NCBI GenBank assembly: GCA_008080735.1
Contig: SHMW01000094.1
Coordinates: forward strand, 1 to 15,495
Reading direction: 5' to 3'
Origin: Promethearchaeota archaeon
Lineage (GTDB): Archaea; Asgardarchaeota; Lokiarchaeia; Sigyniarchaeales; SOKP01
Length of the DNA stretch: 15,495 bases
Positions within the stretch are counted from its first letter, which is position 1; every line of letters begins with the position of its first letter. Under the pieces are notes generated by a model. That model worked only from the letters and a program-made list of their open reading frames with translations. It had not been told where the DNA came from and ran no database searches. The position numbers were made by a program, and so were the translations under genes. This document shows positions 6,861 through 15,266 of the stretch, piece after piece.

Positions 6861-8501
6861 ATGACTGAATCTAAAACTTCAAAAAAAGAAGACCTAAAAA
6901 CGGAGAAAGAAAAGACCCAACGGTCTTTTCGAAATCTTTCTGATATAGAAATAAAACGCCTCTATAAACCAGAGGATATAGATGATATTGACTATAATAA
7001 GGATTTAGGAGAACCAGGGCAGTTTCCATTTACCAGAGGACCATATGATAATATGTATCGTGGGAGATTATGGACTATGCGGCAATTTGCTGGGTTCGGC
7101 ACCGCCGACCAAACCAACCAACGATTTAAATTTCTTATTAACCATGGTCAGACAGGATTAAGCGTTGCTTTCCATTTGCCTACTATATACGGCTATGAAT
7201 CTACAGACGAGAAATCACTCGGAGAAGTCGGAAAAGAGGGTGTTGCGATAGATACTTTGGCAGATATGGAAACCTTATTTGATGGTATCGATCTCTCGAA
7301 AATATCTACTTCAATGACTATTAATGCTCCAGCCTCAATATTATTGTCAATGTATATTGTTGTAGGAAAAAAACAAGGAGTTAAACCTGAGCAACTTAGA
7401 GGGACAATCCAGAATGACATATTAAAGGAATATATTGCTCAAAAATCTTGGATTTTTCCTCCCGAGCCTTCAATGAGACTAATTGTTGATACAATTGAAT
7501 ACTGTACCGAGCATGTACCCCAATGGTATACAATCAGCATAAGCGGATATCATATCAGAGAGGCAGGATCAACAGCCGTTCAAGAGTTAGCATTTACCTT
7601 AGCTGATGGATTTGCCTACGTAGAAGCTGCGATGGAACGAGGGTTAGATGTAGATGATTTTGCTCCTCGATTATCATTCTTTTTCAATTCTCATAATAAC
7701 TTTTTCGAAGAGATCGCCAAATTTAGAGCTGCTCGTAGGATTTGGGCAAAACGTATGAAACATAAATATGCAGCAAAAAAGCCTGAATCAATGCGTTTAA
7801 GGTTCCATACGCAGACTGCTGGTGTCTCTTTAACTGCGCAAGAACCAGAAAATAATATAGTAAGAGTTACGCTCCAAGCGCTCGCTGCAGTTTTAGGTGG
7901 CACACAGTCATTACATACTAATTCATTTGATGAGGCATTGTGTTTACCTACGGAAAAAGCAGTTAGAATTGCCTTGAGAACCCAACAGATAATTGCTTAT
8001 GAATCTGGTGTTGCTGATACAGTCGATCCATTGGCGGGTTCCTATTATGTTGAATGGCTCACGGAAAAAATGGAAGAGGAAGCGGAGAGATATTTCGAAA
8101 AAATTGAAGAATTGGGAGGTGTTATTCCAGCGATTAAGAAAAACTTTTTCCAAAAAGAGATCGCTAATGCTTCCTATAGATATCAAAAAGAAGTCGAAAA
8201 AAAGGAACGAATTATCGTTGGAGTAAACAAATATAAACCAGAAAAAAAAATCCAGCCAGATATTTTAAAGATTGATGAAGAGGTCTCGATAAATCAAAAA
8301 CAGAGATTAAAACAAATTAAAAAGGATAGAAATAATCAAGCTGTAGAAGATGCCTTAAATGATTTGAAGGCGGCGGCTGAAGGAACAAAAAATCTTATGC
8401 CGTATATAATTAAGGCTGTAAAAACCTATGCATCTGTTGGAGAAATTATTGGAACCCTTAAGCAAGTATTTGGAACCTATACAGAAGACTCAATATTTTA
8501 G
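6861..8501 (+). CDS. icmA: AdoCbl-dependent acyl-CoA mutase large (substrate-binding) subunit, isobutyryl-CoA mutase type
   Basis: 'PGQFPFTRG...MYRGRLWTMRQFAGFG', 'GQTGLSVAFHLPT', 'TIQNDILKEYIAQ', 'ISISGYHIREAG', 'GGTQSLHTNSFDEA'. Specificity residues are F76/Q194. The family is certain; the substrate is inferred. Confidence 0.85.
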   Translation: MTESKTSKKEDLKTEKEKTQRSFRNLSDIEIKRLYKPEDIDDIDYNKDLGEPGQFPFTRGPYDNMYRGRLWTMRQFAGFGTADQTNQRFKFLINHGQTGLSVAFHLPTIYGYESTDEKSLGEVGKEGVAIDTLADMETLFDGIDLSKISTSMTINAPASILLSMYIVVGKKQGVKPEQLRGTIQNDILKEYIAQKSWIFPPEPSMRLIVDTIEYCTEHVPQWYTISISGYHIREAGSTAVQELAFTLADGFAYVEAAMERGLDVDDFAPRLSFFFNSHNNFFEEIAKFRAARRIWAKRMKHKYAAKKPESMRLRFHTQTAGVSLTAQEPENNIVRVTLQALAAVLGGTQSLHTNSFDEALCLPTEKAVRIALRTQQIIAYESGVADTVDPLAGSYYVEWLTEKMEEEAERYFEKIEELGGVIPAIKKNFFQKEIANASYRYQKEVEKKERIIVGVNKYKPEKKIQPDILKIDEEVSINQKQRLKQIKKDRNNQAVEDALNDLKAAAEGTKNLMPYIIKAVKTYASVGEIIGTLKQVFGTYTEDSIF

Positions 8502-8516
8502 AAGAGGTTAAGAAAT

Positions 8517-8918
8517 ATGGCAAATGAAAGAAGAATAAAAGTTCTAGTATGTAAACCAGGTTTAGACGGACATGATCGAGGGGCGAAGGTAGTGGCAAGA
8601 GGACTTCGGGATTCGGGAATGGAGGTAATTTACACGGGCCTTCATCAAACCCCCAAAGATATTGTTAATACCATCATCCAGGAAGACCCAGACGCCGTTT
8701 TATTAAGCATTCTATCGGGAGCTCATAATGCGTTATGCCCGAAAATTATGGAAGAATTAGAAAAGAATAACATTGATGATGTGTTAGTCGCCGTGGGCGG
8801 GATTATTCCAGAAGAAGATAAAGAATTTCTCCGAAAACATGGACTAAGAGGCTTTTATGGCCCAGGAACAGAGATAAAAACTATTGTTGAATTTGTGAAG
8901 AATAATCTAAAAAGATAA
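8517..8918 (+). CDS. icmB: Acyl-CoA mutase small (cobalamin-binding) subunit
   Basis: DxHxxG motif 'KPGLDGHDRGAKVV', 'LSILSGAH', 'VGGIIP', 'YGPGT'. AGAGGT RBS at 8503-8508; 15 bp after the large subunit. Confidence 0.9.
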   Translation: MANERRIKVLVCKPGLDGHDRGAKVVARGLRDSGMEVIYTGLHQTPKDIVNTIIQEDPDAVLLSILSGAHNALCPKIMEELEKNNIDDVLVAVGGIIPEEDKEFLRKHGLRGFYGPGTEIKTIVEFVKNNLKR

Positions 8919-8927
8919 GAAGTCAAT

Positions 8928-9935
8928 ATGGGGAATAGTTACAAAGATTTAATCACTCGATTGTTGGAAGGGGAATTAAGGGCAGCCGCACGATTGATAA
9001 CTTTAGCCGAAAATGATATAAAAACCGCAGAGGAAATTATCAATTCTATATACAAATATACTGGAAATGCCTACATAATAGGAATTACGGGTGCCCCTGG
9101 AAGTGGCAAAAGCACTTTTATCTCCACATTAGTAAAAAAATACACTGAGCAAGACAAAAAAATTGGAATTATCTGTGTAGATCCTTCTTCTCCATTAACG
9201 GGAGGTGCTTTATTAGGTGACCGAATCCGGATGAAACAACATTTCTCTTTGGAAAATGTATTCATTAGGAGTATGGCTAATCGAGGGCAATTGGGTGGCT
9301 TATCTCGTGCGACCGAAGATGTCATTAAAATATTAGACGCAAACAAATGCGATGTAATAATTGTTGAGACTGTAGGTGTTGGTCAATCTGAGGTCGATAT
9401 TTTCAAATCTGCTCATTCTGTGTTGGTTTTGTTAGTTCCTGGATTGGGAGACGATATTCAAACTATAAAAGCAGGGATCATGGAAATAACCGATATATTT
9501 GTAGTTAATAAAATGGATTTAGAGGGCGCTGATCGTAAAGTTGCAGAACTTGTTCAAATGCTTGAACTAAATATGAATTATAAGTTTAATTCTGAAGTTT
9601 TAAATGACGATTTTGCAAAAATTCGCAAATGGACCCCCGAAATTGTAAAAACAAATTCAATTACAGGAGAAAATTTTGATAAACTGCTCAAAATCATTGC
9701 AAAACATAAAGAATTTTTAGAGCATTCGGGTGTAATTCAGAACTATAAAAGAAATCGCATAAAAAGCGAGACCCTACAGATACTAAAATATAAGCTAACC
9801 GAGAAAATAGAACAATTATTTAAAGATAGTGAAAAGATTGAAGAATATATAAATAAAGTTATGGAAAAATCAATAGACCCCTATTCGATGGCAGAATTGA
9901 TTATAGAATTACTTGGTATTAATAACAACGTTTAA
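8928..9935 (+). CDS. meaB: MeaB/ArgK G-protein chaperone of B12 mutases
   Basis: P-loop 'GITGAPGSGKST', 'VDPSSPLTGGALLGDRIRM', 'ETVGVGQSE', 'GDDIQTIKAGIME', 'NKMD'. Confidence 0.96.
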   Translation: MGNSYKDLITRLLEGELRAAARLITLAENDIKTAEEIINSIYKYTGNAYIIGITGAPGSGKSTFISTLVKKYTEQDKKIGIICVDPSSPLTGGALLGDRIRMKQHFSLENVFIRSMANRGQLGGLSRATEDVIKILDANKCDVIIVETVGVGQSEVDIFKSAHSVLVLLVPGLGDDIQTIKAGIMEITDIFVVNKMDLEGADRKVAELVQMLELNMNYKFNSEVLNDDFAKIRKWTPEIVKTNSITGENFDKLLKIIAKHKEFLEHSGVIQNYKRNRIKSETLQILKYKLTEKIEQLFKDSEKIEEYINKVMEKSIDPYSMAELIIELLGINNNV

Positions 9936-9973
9936 AAGTTATTTTTAAAGAATAATTATCTTGTTTGATTATA

Positions 9974-10747
9974 ATGAATCTATTAATTGCTGGTGGAGGT
10001 AAGTTTGGGAAGAAGGCTATAGAATATGCCAAAAAATTAAATTATAGGGCAATTCTAATAGATAAAAATCCTAATTGTTTTGCCTCTACTCATACTCAGA
10101 CAACATTCAATAATGTAGATACACTTATAAAAAATTTTGATAATTATAATTCAGGGGATATGATATTTTTGAATGATAATATTTCTTCTATTAACAAGCT
10201 ACTTTTAAATATACAATTTGAATTTATCATTCCAGTTGTCCCCATCCATCTAACTGCTGTAATTATCAAAAATTATTTCAATTCATTTGAAATAGAAATG
10301 GATCTAAATTTTAAATCACTAGAAGAGATTACAGATAAAATTGATCCAAAATTGCTCTTGGACAGTATTCAGGATTCAGCAACCATTTATTTATCTTACG
10401 CAAAAAGAGATGAAATATGTCCCGATAATTGTTCTGGCCCTCCAAACTATTGTCCTAATTTTGATCGCGAAAAACCCATTACCATAACAAACTATTTAGC
10501 GGAATTCTTTAATGTTCCGGAACAGATTAGATTATCAAAAGGAAAAAAAAGAGTGTTTTTTTTAATTAAAAGCTATCAATTAAAAGCTGGGCTGGGAGGA
10601 TTAAAGGGTGAAGACATTTCTGAGGTCTTTAAGATGATTCATGATAATTCAGCATATTTTAAACAAGATAAATACGATATAATCATATCTACAAGTTGTA
10701 ATTGTCATGGAGTGATCTCATTTATGAAAAATAACCCCTCTGTTTAG
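9974..10747 (+). CDS. Uncharacterised NAD(P)-binding Rossmann (TrkA-N-like) protein with Cys-rich C-terminal metal-binding region
   Basis: 'LLIAGGGKFGKKA...ILIDKN' (GxGxxG plus acidic residue), 'CPDNCSGPPNYCP', 'SYQLKAGLGG', 'TSCNCHG'. ATG 9974 is preferred over TTG 9965. Confidence 0.8.
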   Translation: MNLLIAGGGKFGKKAIEYAKKLNYRAILIDKNPNCFASTHTQTTFNNVDTLIKNFDNYNSGDMIFLNDNISSINKLLLNIQFEFIIPVVPIHLTAVIIKNYFNSFEIEMDLNFKSLEEITDKIDPKLLLDSIQDSATIYLSYAKRDEICPDNCSGPPNYCPNFDREKPITITNYLAEFFNVPEQIRLSKGKKRVFFLIKSYQLKAGLGGLKGEDISEVFKMIHDNSAYFKQDKYDIIISTSCNCHGVISFMKNNPSV

Positions 10748-10794
10748 CGAATTCAGAAAATTTGTAATAAATCACGATTTAATAAGAACAGAAT

Positions 10795-11238
10795 CTATTT
10801 TTCAAATAAATTAATGCGAAGATTAAACTGTTTCGCACTATTCGGACAATTTAATTCGCAACAACCCGGAAGATATGAATAGACTTCAAATTTATCAATG
10901 GGAATAAGAAGATACATTAATGAATGAATTAGAGAACATGATTTATTTATCTCTTCTAATGGGCCATCACATAATGCAGTTTTATGTTCCCTCTTATTAA
11001 CATAGATGCATAATCCATCTTTTGGATAAAATCCAAATAAAAACTGAAATCGAGGTATCACGGGATATTTTAAAGTCTCCACTTTTCTTGAATAGGATAG
11101 TTGAATATGATTAAAATCGAGAGTGAACTTCAGTGCTTTATAGGAATCGGTTTGTTTATCCTCTTCACTTATGTCGTGCAAGATAAAATCCCGAGATACT
11201 GCGGTGTCGATGAGATTTTTTAAATCTTTTGAAATCAT
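10795..11238 (-). CDS. Hypothetical protein, Cys-containing
   Basis: 147-aa ATG ORF filling an intergenic gap, with six Cys including 'GCCELNCP'. No family recognised. Confidence 0.65.
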   Translation of the reverse strand: MISKDLKNLIDTAVSRDFILHDISEEDKQTDSYKALKFTLDFNHIQLSYSRKVETLKYPVIPRFQFLFGFYPKDGLCIYVNKREHKTALCDGPLEEINKSCSLIHSLMYLLIPIDKFEVYSYLPGCCELNCPNSAKQFNLRINLFEK

Positions 11239-11434
11239 TTTATTCTTTTTTCTTTTCTTTTAGAAAAAGATCATATAATAGGTTTTATTATCAATAAGCT
11301 ACTAAAATTGAATTATTATTTTTATAGTAATATGGTAATTTTTCCTTATATTTTTTTCTCCTCAAAATGTAGGAGTCTTAAGATAAAATTTTGAAGGGAG
11401 AGGATTTACTAGTTTAACTTTTTGTTAATAGAAT

Positions 11435-11701
11435 TTAGATCTTTATCAGTTTATCTTCTTTAGGGTCTATCCATTCTGAATATATCTCTGTAATTAGAGA
11501 ATTTCCTTTAGATCCACATTCCTCACATTTTTCGTCTTCTAATGTCTTGAACGTATAATCTCCTTTTTCAAATGGTCTTGTATGCTTGTTCTTACACTCT
11601 TTACATTGAATAACCGAATAGACCTTCTGGATAAAGCGGTCTTTTCGATCTAATATATCCCCTATTGCGGGTAAGGGTGGTAATTGTGGTTCCTCGCTCA
11701 T
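11435..11701 (-). CDS. Small archaeal zinc-ribbon protein
   Basis: 'CKEC...RPFEKGDYTFK...CEECG...ITEIYSE': two CxxC knuckles in a pattern seen in conserved archaeal hypothetical proteins. Confidence 0.8.
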   Translation of the reverse strand: MSEEPQLPPLPAIGDILDRKDRFIQKVYSVIQCKECKNKHTRPFEKGDYTFKTLEDEKCEECGSKGNSLITEIYSEWIDPKEDKLIKI

Positions 11702-11900
11702 AAGTGACTTCCTATTGGTTTATTATAATTATAAACTATATATAGTTTTGATATAATAATAAGACTAATCTAATATTTTTATGGATTATAAGATTTAGAA
11801 TAAATATGTTTCTCCTATTGGATTTACAAAAATAAAATACAGTTTATTAAATGTGAAAAATTAAACATTATATATCAACTAGAGTTATCTAACATTAGAT

Positions 11901-13085
11901 ATGAATTCTAAAGAATTAGTAAAAGCAGCATTATATTTTGAAAAGCCAGAAAGGGTCCCATACTTCAAAGATGTTAGAGGAGATATGATATTTCTAATTC
12001 TTCAACCATCTCAGAATTGGAAACCAGGGTGGAAAGATGGAGAAGAGGGATTGTTTCCCCACATTCGAACAAATTATGAGTGGAATAAACCTGAATGGGC
12101 CAAAAATAATACAAAATTTAAAAAGGACGAATGGAAAAAAATGCCTCATGAAGAAGTTGATGAATGGGGTTGCATTTGGAATATGACGGGATCCGATTAT
12201 ACAATGGGACACCCTGGTAGACCCATAATTGAAGATTGGAAAGATTTTGATGAATATCGAGAAAAATATTCCTTAGATCCATATGATGAAACTAGATATG
12301 AATTTGCTCATGAGTTAAAAAGAGCCTTCGGGAAAGACAAATACCTTTCAGCACTTCTAGCGGATTTTGGTCCATTTCAGCGATCTACTAACATAATAGG
12401 TTTCTCCAAATTCCTGATTGAACATAGAAAGAATCCTCAGATGGTTAGGAAGATATTGAATTGGGTTGCTGATTGGCATATTGATGCAATGAAAGGATGT
12501 TTTAAATACGGCTTAGATCCCGACGGATTTTTTATCGTGGATGATTTAGGTGAGCAATCTGGTCCCTTTTTTAGTCCCAAGACTTTTAAAGAATTCTATT
12601 ATCCTATTTACAAGAAGCTTGCCGATGAGGCGCATGAGCTAGGAACTGAAATTCACTTGCATTGTTGTGGAAAGGTAGATAAAATAATGCCCATCTTAAT
12701 AGATGCTGGTCTTGACGCTATAGAGTTTGACAGTCCCAGAATGACGGGTTATAACGATTTAAGACCATTTAGAGGGAAAATTATGATGTGGGGAGGGGTT
12801 AATATTCAATCAATATATACAAGAGGTACACCGGAGCAAGTGCAGCGAGAAGTATGGCATATGGTACGGAACCTTGGAACAAAAGAAGGGGGATTTGGCG
12901 CATATTTCTATCCCACTCCAACCGATATAAAAGCACCAAGCAAAAATATAAAGGCATTCCTTAGAGGATTAAAGAAGTATGGCGATTATTCTAAGATTCC
13001 AGAAGAATGGTGGGAATATCCCGTACCTCAAGAATGGAAGGATATGGAAGTGCCTCCTACGCCTCCAGGTGAAATAGTTAGTTGA
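11901..13085 (+). CDS. Uroporphyrinogen decarboxylase / MtaA-CmuA methyltransferase-like family protein
   Basis: 'MNSKELVKAALYFEKPERVP', 'DEWGCIW', 'DDLGEQSGPFFSPKTFKEFYYPIYKKL', 'HLHCCG', 'WGGVNIQ...GTPEQVQREV'. Confidence 0.88.
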   Translation: MNSKELVKAALYFEKPERVPYFKDVRGDMIFLILQPSQNWKPGWKDGEEGLFPHIRTNYEWNKPEWAKNNTKFKKDEWKKMPHEEVDEWGCIWNMTGSDYTMGHPGRPIIEDWKDFDEYREKYSLDPYDETRYEFAHELKRAFGKDKYLSALLADFGPFQRSTNIIGFSKFLIEHRKNPQMVRKILNWVADWHIDAMKGCFKYGLDPDGFFIVDDLGEQSGPFFSPKTFKEFYYPIYKKLADEAHELGTEIHLHCCGKVDKIMPILIDAGLDAIEFDSPRMTGYNDLRPFRGKIMMWGGVNIQSIYTRGTPEQVQREVWHMVRNLGTKEGGFGAYFYPTPTDIKAPSKNIKAFLRGLKKYGDYSKIPEEWWEYPVPQEWKDMEVPPTPPGEIVS

Positions 13086-13089
13086 CCAT

Positions 13090-13106
13090 CTTTTCTTTTA
13101 TATTTT
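13090..13106 (+). terminator. Putative oligo-T terminator
   Basis: CTTTTCTTTTATATTTT just after the URO-D-like stop. Confidence 0.3.
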
Positions 13107-13296
13107 AATAAAAATGTAGAAGATTAGCTCTATCTCACCCAAAAATCTTTTTAAACTCATAATCTTATGTATTTTTCTAAATTTTTCTAAAAAAAATTGG
13201 GTCTTATCAATCATAAATAACATATTATTAATTCACAATTTCTTGATAGATTATGAACAATATTAATGATTATAAGTTAAGTAAAAGTGGTTTTGT

Positions 13297-13503
13297 ATGA
13301 AAGAAAATAAAACTAAAGAGCCTGAGAAATTAAATGAAGAGGAGTATGAATGTTATAGATGTCATCATAAATTAACGGAAGCACGAGCTTTGCCGTTTGC
13401 GGGAAGGATTATTTGTCCTCGATGTTTAAGAAATTTATTAGCCCCTATACTAATCATCTTAACAGCAATAATTTTGGTTATTTTAGTATTAGCACTAGTA
13501 TAA
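13297..13503 (+). CDS. Small zinc-finger protein with C-terminal transmembrane anchor
   Basis: C-x2-C-x17-C-x2-C ('CYRC...CPRC') followed by a hydrophobic helix of about 22 aa ending at the stop. Confidence 0.75.
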   Translation: MKENKTKEPEKLNEEEYECYRCHHKLTEARALPFAGRIICPRCLRNLLAPILIILTAIILVILVLALV

Positions 13504-13521
13504 ACACAATGAGAATAAAAC

Positions 13522-14235
13522 ATGAAATCAAAGATAATATCCCAAATATATATTGGCATTTATACCCGTAAAAATTTTAAACGTTTCGTTTTGCCTATAT
13601 CATTTTCTATATTTTTTATACTCCTAATAACTTCACGTCTAATTTTCCCAGGATTCTATTCAATTTTTTCTAATACCATCAGTGATCTAGGGAATCCAAT
13701 ATTAAATCCTTTTCCGGGTTGGTTGTTTTTTTCTTTAGCATTTTGGTCGTTAGCCGTTTTATTTCCCCCATTATTTCTATATCTCCATCGTCGTTTAGTA
13801 GTGATTCATCAAATAGAGGCAAAAATTGGAACAAGTAGTAATATTATATCAATATTTGGCATGATTTTGCTAGGAATCTTTCCAAACCTTCCAGAGACTA
13901 ATTTTATGCATTTAATTGCAGCAATTTTATCATTTGCGGGGATGGGAGTAGCAATCATATTCTATTGGCTAGCGGTGATCCACGATTCAATACAAAAAGC
14001 GATGAGATATCATCATATTGGTATATCAATGATCTTAATATTTATTACCTTTCTATTTACAGCAATCACTTTTCTAGGAAGCCTTCAAATTGGTTCTGAA
14101 ATTTTTGATTTAAATATAATTTGGTTGTTTGATTTTCCATTCTGGGAATGGTTACTATTTATATTTCTCTCCTTTCAATTATTTTTCATTGGTATCATAA
14201 TTCCAGAACAATTTTCTTATGAAAAATCTACCTAA
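13522..14235 (+). CDS. DUF998 (Frag1/DRAM-like) multi-pass membrane protein
   Basis: 'PGFYSIFSNTISDLG', 'GMILLGIFP', 'HLIAAILSF', 'FWEWL'; about 6 TM helices. Confidence 0.78.
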   Translation: MKSKIISQIYIGIYTRKNFKRFVLPISFSIFFILLITSRLIFPGFYSIFSNTISDLGNPILNPFPGWLFFSLAFWSLAVLFPPLFLYLHRRLVVIHQIEAKIGTSSNIISIFGMILLGIFPNLPETNFMHLIAAILSFAGMGVAIIFYWLAVIHDSIQKAMRYHHIGISMILIFITFLFTAITFLGSLQIGSEIFDLNIIWLFDFPFWEWLLFIFLSFQLFFIGIIIPEQFSYEKST

Positions 14236-14516
14236 ATTCATAAGTTAAGATGGAAATGCAGATATAATTGGATTTAGCTATCAAATTAGAAATTAATATT
14301 AAGCAAAATAAAAATTCAATTTACCTGATTTTTAGGTCTTCGATAATAATTTAGATTTTGGACAAAAATTCCTTTAAAAAAAAAGATTTGCATGCAAATA
14401 AAGTTCTTTAGGAATAAAACTACATTTCAAAATTATCAAGAAAAATTGGAAGATAAAGAAGTTGAAGAATGAGAATTGATTATTGCTCTCTGTGATTTAA
14501 AAATTAAAATTAGGAT

Positions 14517-15266
14517 TTATTCTTCAGCATCTTTTATCTTACCATTTTCTTCTTCTTTTTCTTGTTTTTCACTCTCTTCCTCCTTGTTGCTATCTTCTTT
14601 TTCAGGTTCTGGAGGCTTTGGTTTTCGAGAAATGATTACTTTCGAATAGCGAATGACTTCCTTTTCAAACATCCAACCATCCTGTATTATATCAACGATG
14701 GTATTATTTGGAAGGTCGCCTCGTTCAAGAGAACTTAGAGCCTCGTGCTTATTATAATCAAATTTTTGTAACTCTTCGGTATGCATCGGATGGGCACCCA
14801 TCGATTTCATAATGTTCATAAATTGCTTATAAAATTGCTCAATATGGCCATCTGAGTCCTCATTTTCTACCGCACTTTTAAAGGAATCATAGAGTGAGAG
14901 AAAATTTTTAAGAGTATTTGCCGTATATTGGGTACGCAAATTTTTGCGTGACTTTTCCCAACGCTTTTGTGTATTCTCAAATTCTGCTTGCAGTCGCATA
15001 AATTTATCTTTCCAATCTTTATTTAACTTCTGTAATTCTCTAATTTCATCATCTTGGTTTGTCAATTCATCTTCTAATTTAATGATTTTTTCTATTAACT
15101 CTTCCCTTGATAAGTCTTTGAACTTTTCTTCTTCACTAAATTCATCTGCCATTTCTTTCTTCTCATCCTTAAATTCCACATCAGAGTCAGAAGTATTTTC
15201 CTTCTGCGAGTTTTCAGTTTCCACTTCTTCAGAATTATCGGATTTTTTTTGCTTATGTTTATTCAT
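14517..15266 (-). CDS. grpE: Nucleotide exchange factor GrpE
   Basis: Acidic disordered N-terminus, 'KDKFMRLQAEFENTQKR', 'FLSLYDSF', 'FDYNKHEAL', 'TIVDIIQDGWMFEKEVIRYSKVIIS'. Confidence 0.95.
   Translation of the reverse strand: MNKHKQKKSDNSEEVETENSQKENTSDSDVEFKDEKKEMADEFSEEEKFKDLSREELIEKIIKLEDELTNQDDEIRELQKLNKDWKDKFMRLQAEFENTQKRWEKSRKNLRTQYTANTLKNFLSLYDSFKSAVENEDSDGHIEQFYKQFMNIMKSMGAHPMHTEELQKFDYNKHEALSSLERGDLPNNTIVDIIQDGWMFEKEVIRYSKVIISRKPKPPEPEKEDSNKEEESEKQEKEEENGKIKDAEE

Noticed and set aside
6861-8501. Annotation as canonical methylmalonyl-CoA mutase
   Set aside because: The carboxylate-binding Tyr and Arg are replaced by Phe and Gln, and no epimerase gene is adjacent.
7193-9346. Short ORFs at 7193, 7691, 7944, 7993 and 9071
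   Set aside because: Antisense or alternate-frame overlaps within the highly conserved mutase and meaB genes.
1037-13130. Selenocysteine (UGA) read-through at the CDF stop (1037-1039) and URO-D-like stop (13083-13085)
   Set aside because: Read-through hits another stop within 3 and about 14 codons respectively; not at Cys-homologous positions; no SECIS-like hairpin seen.
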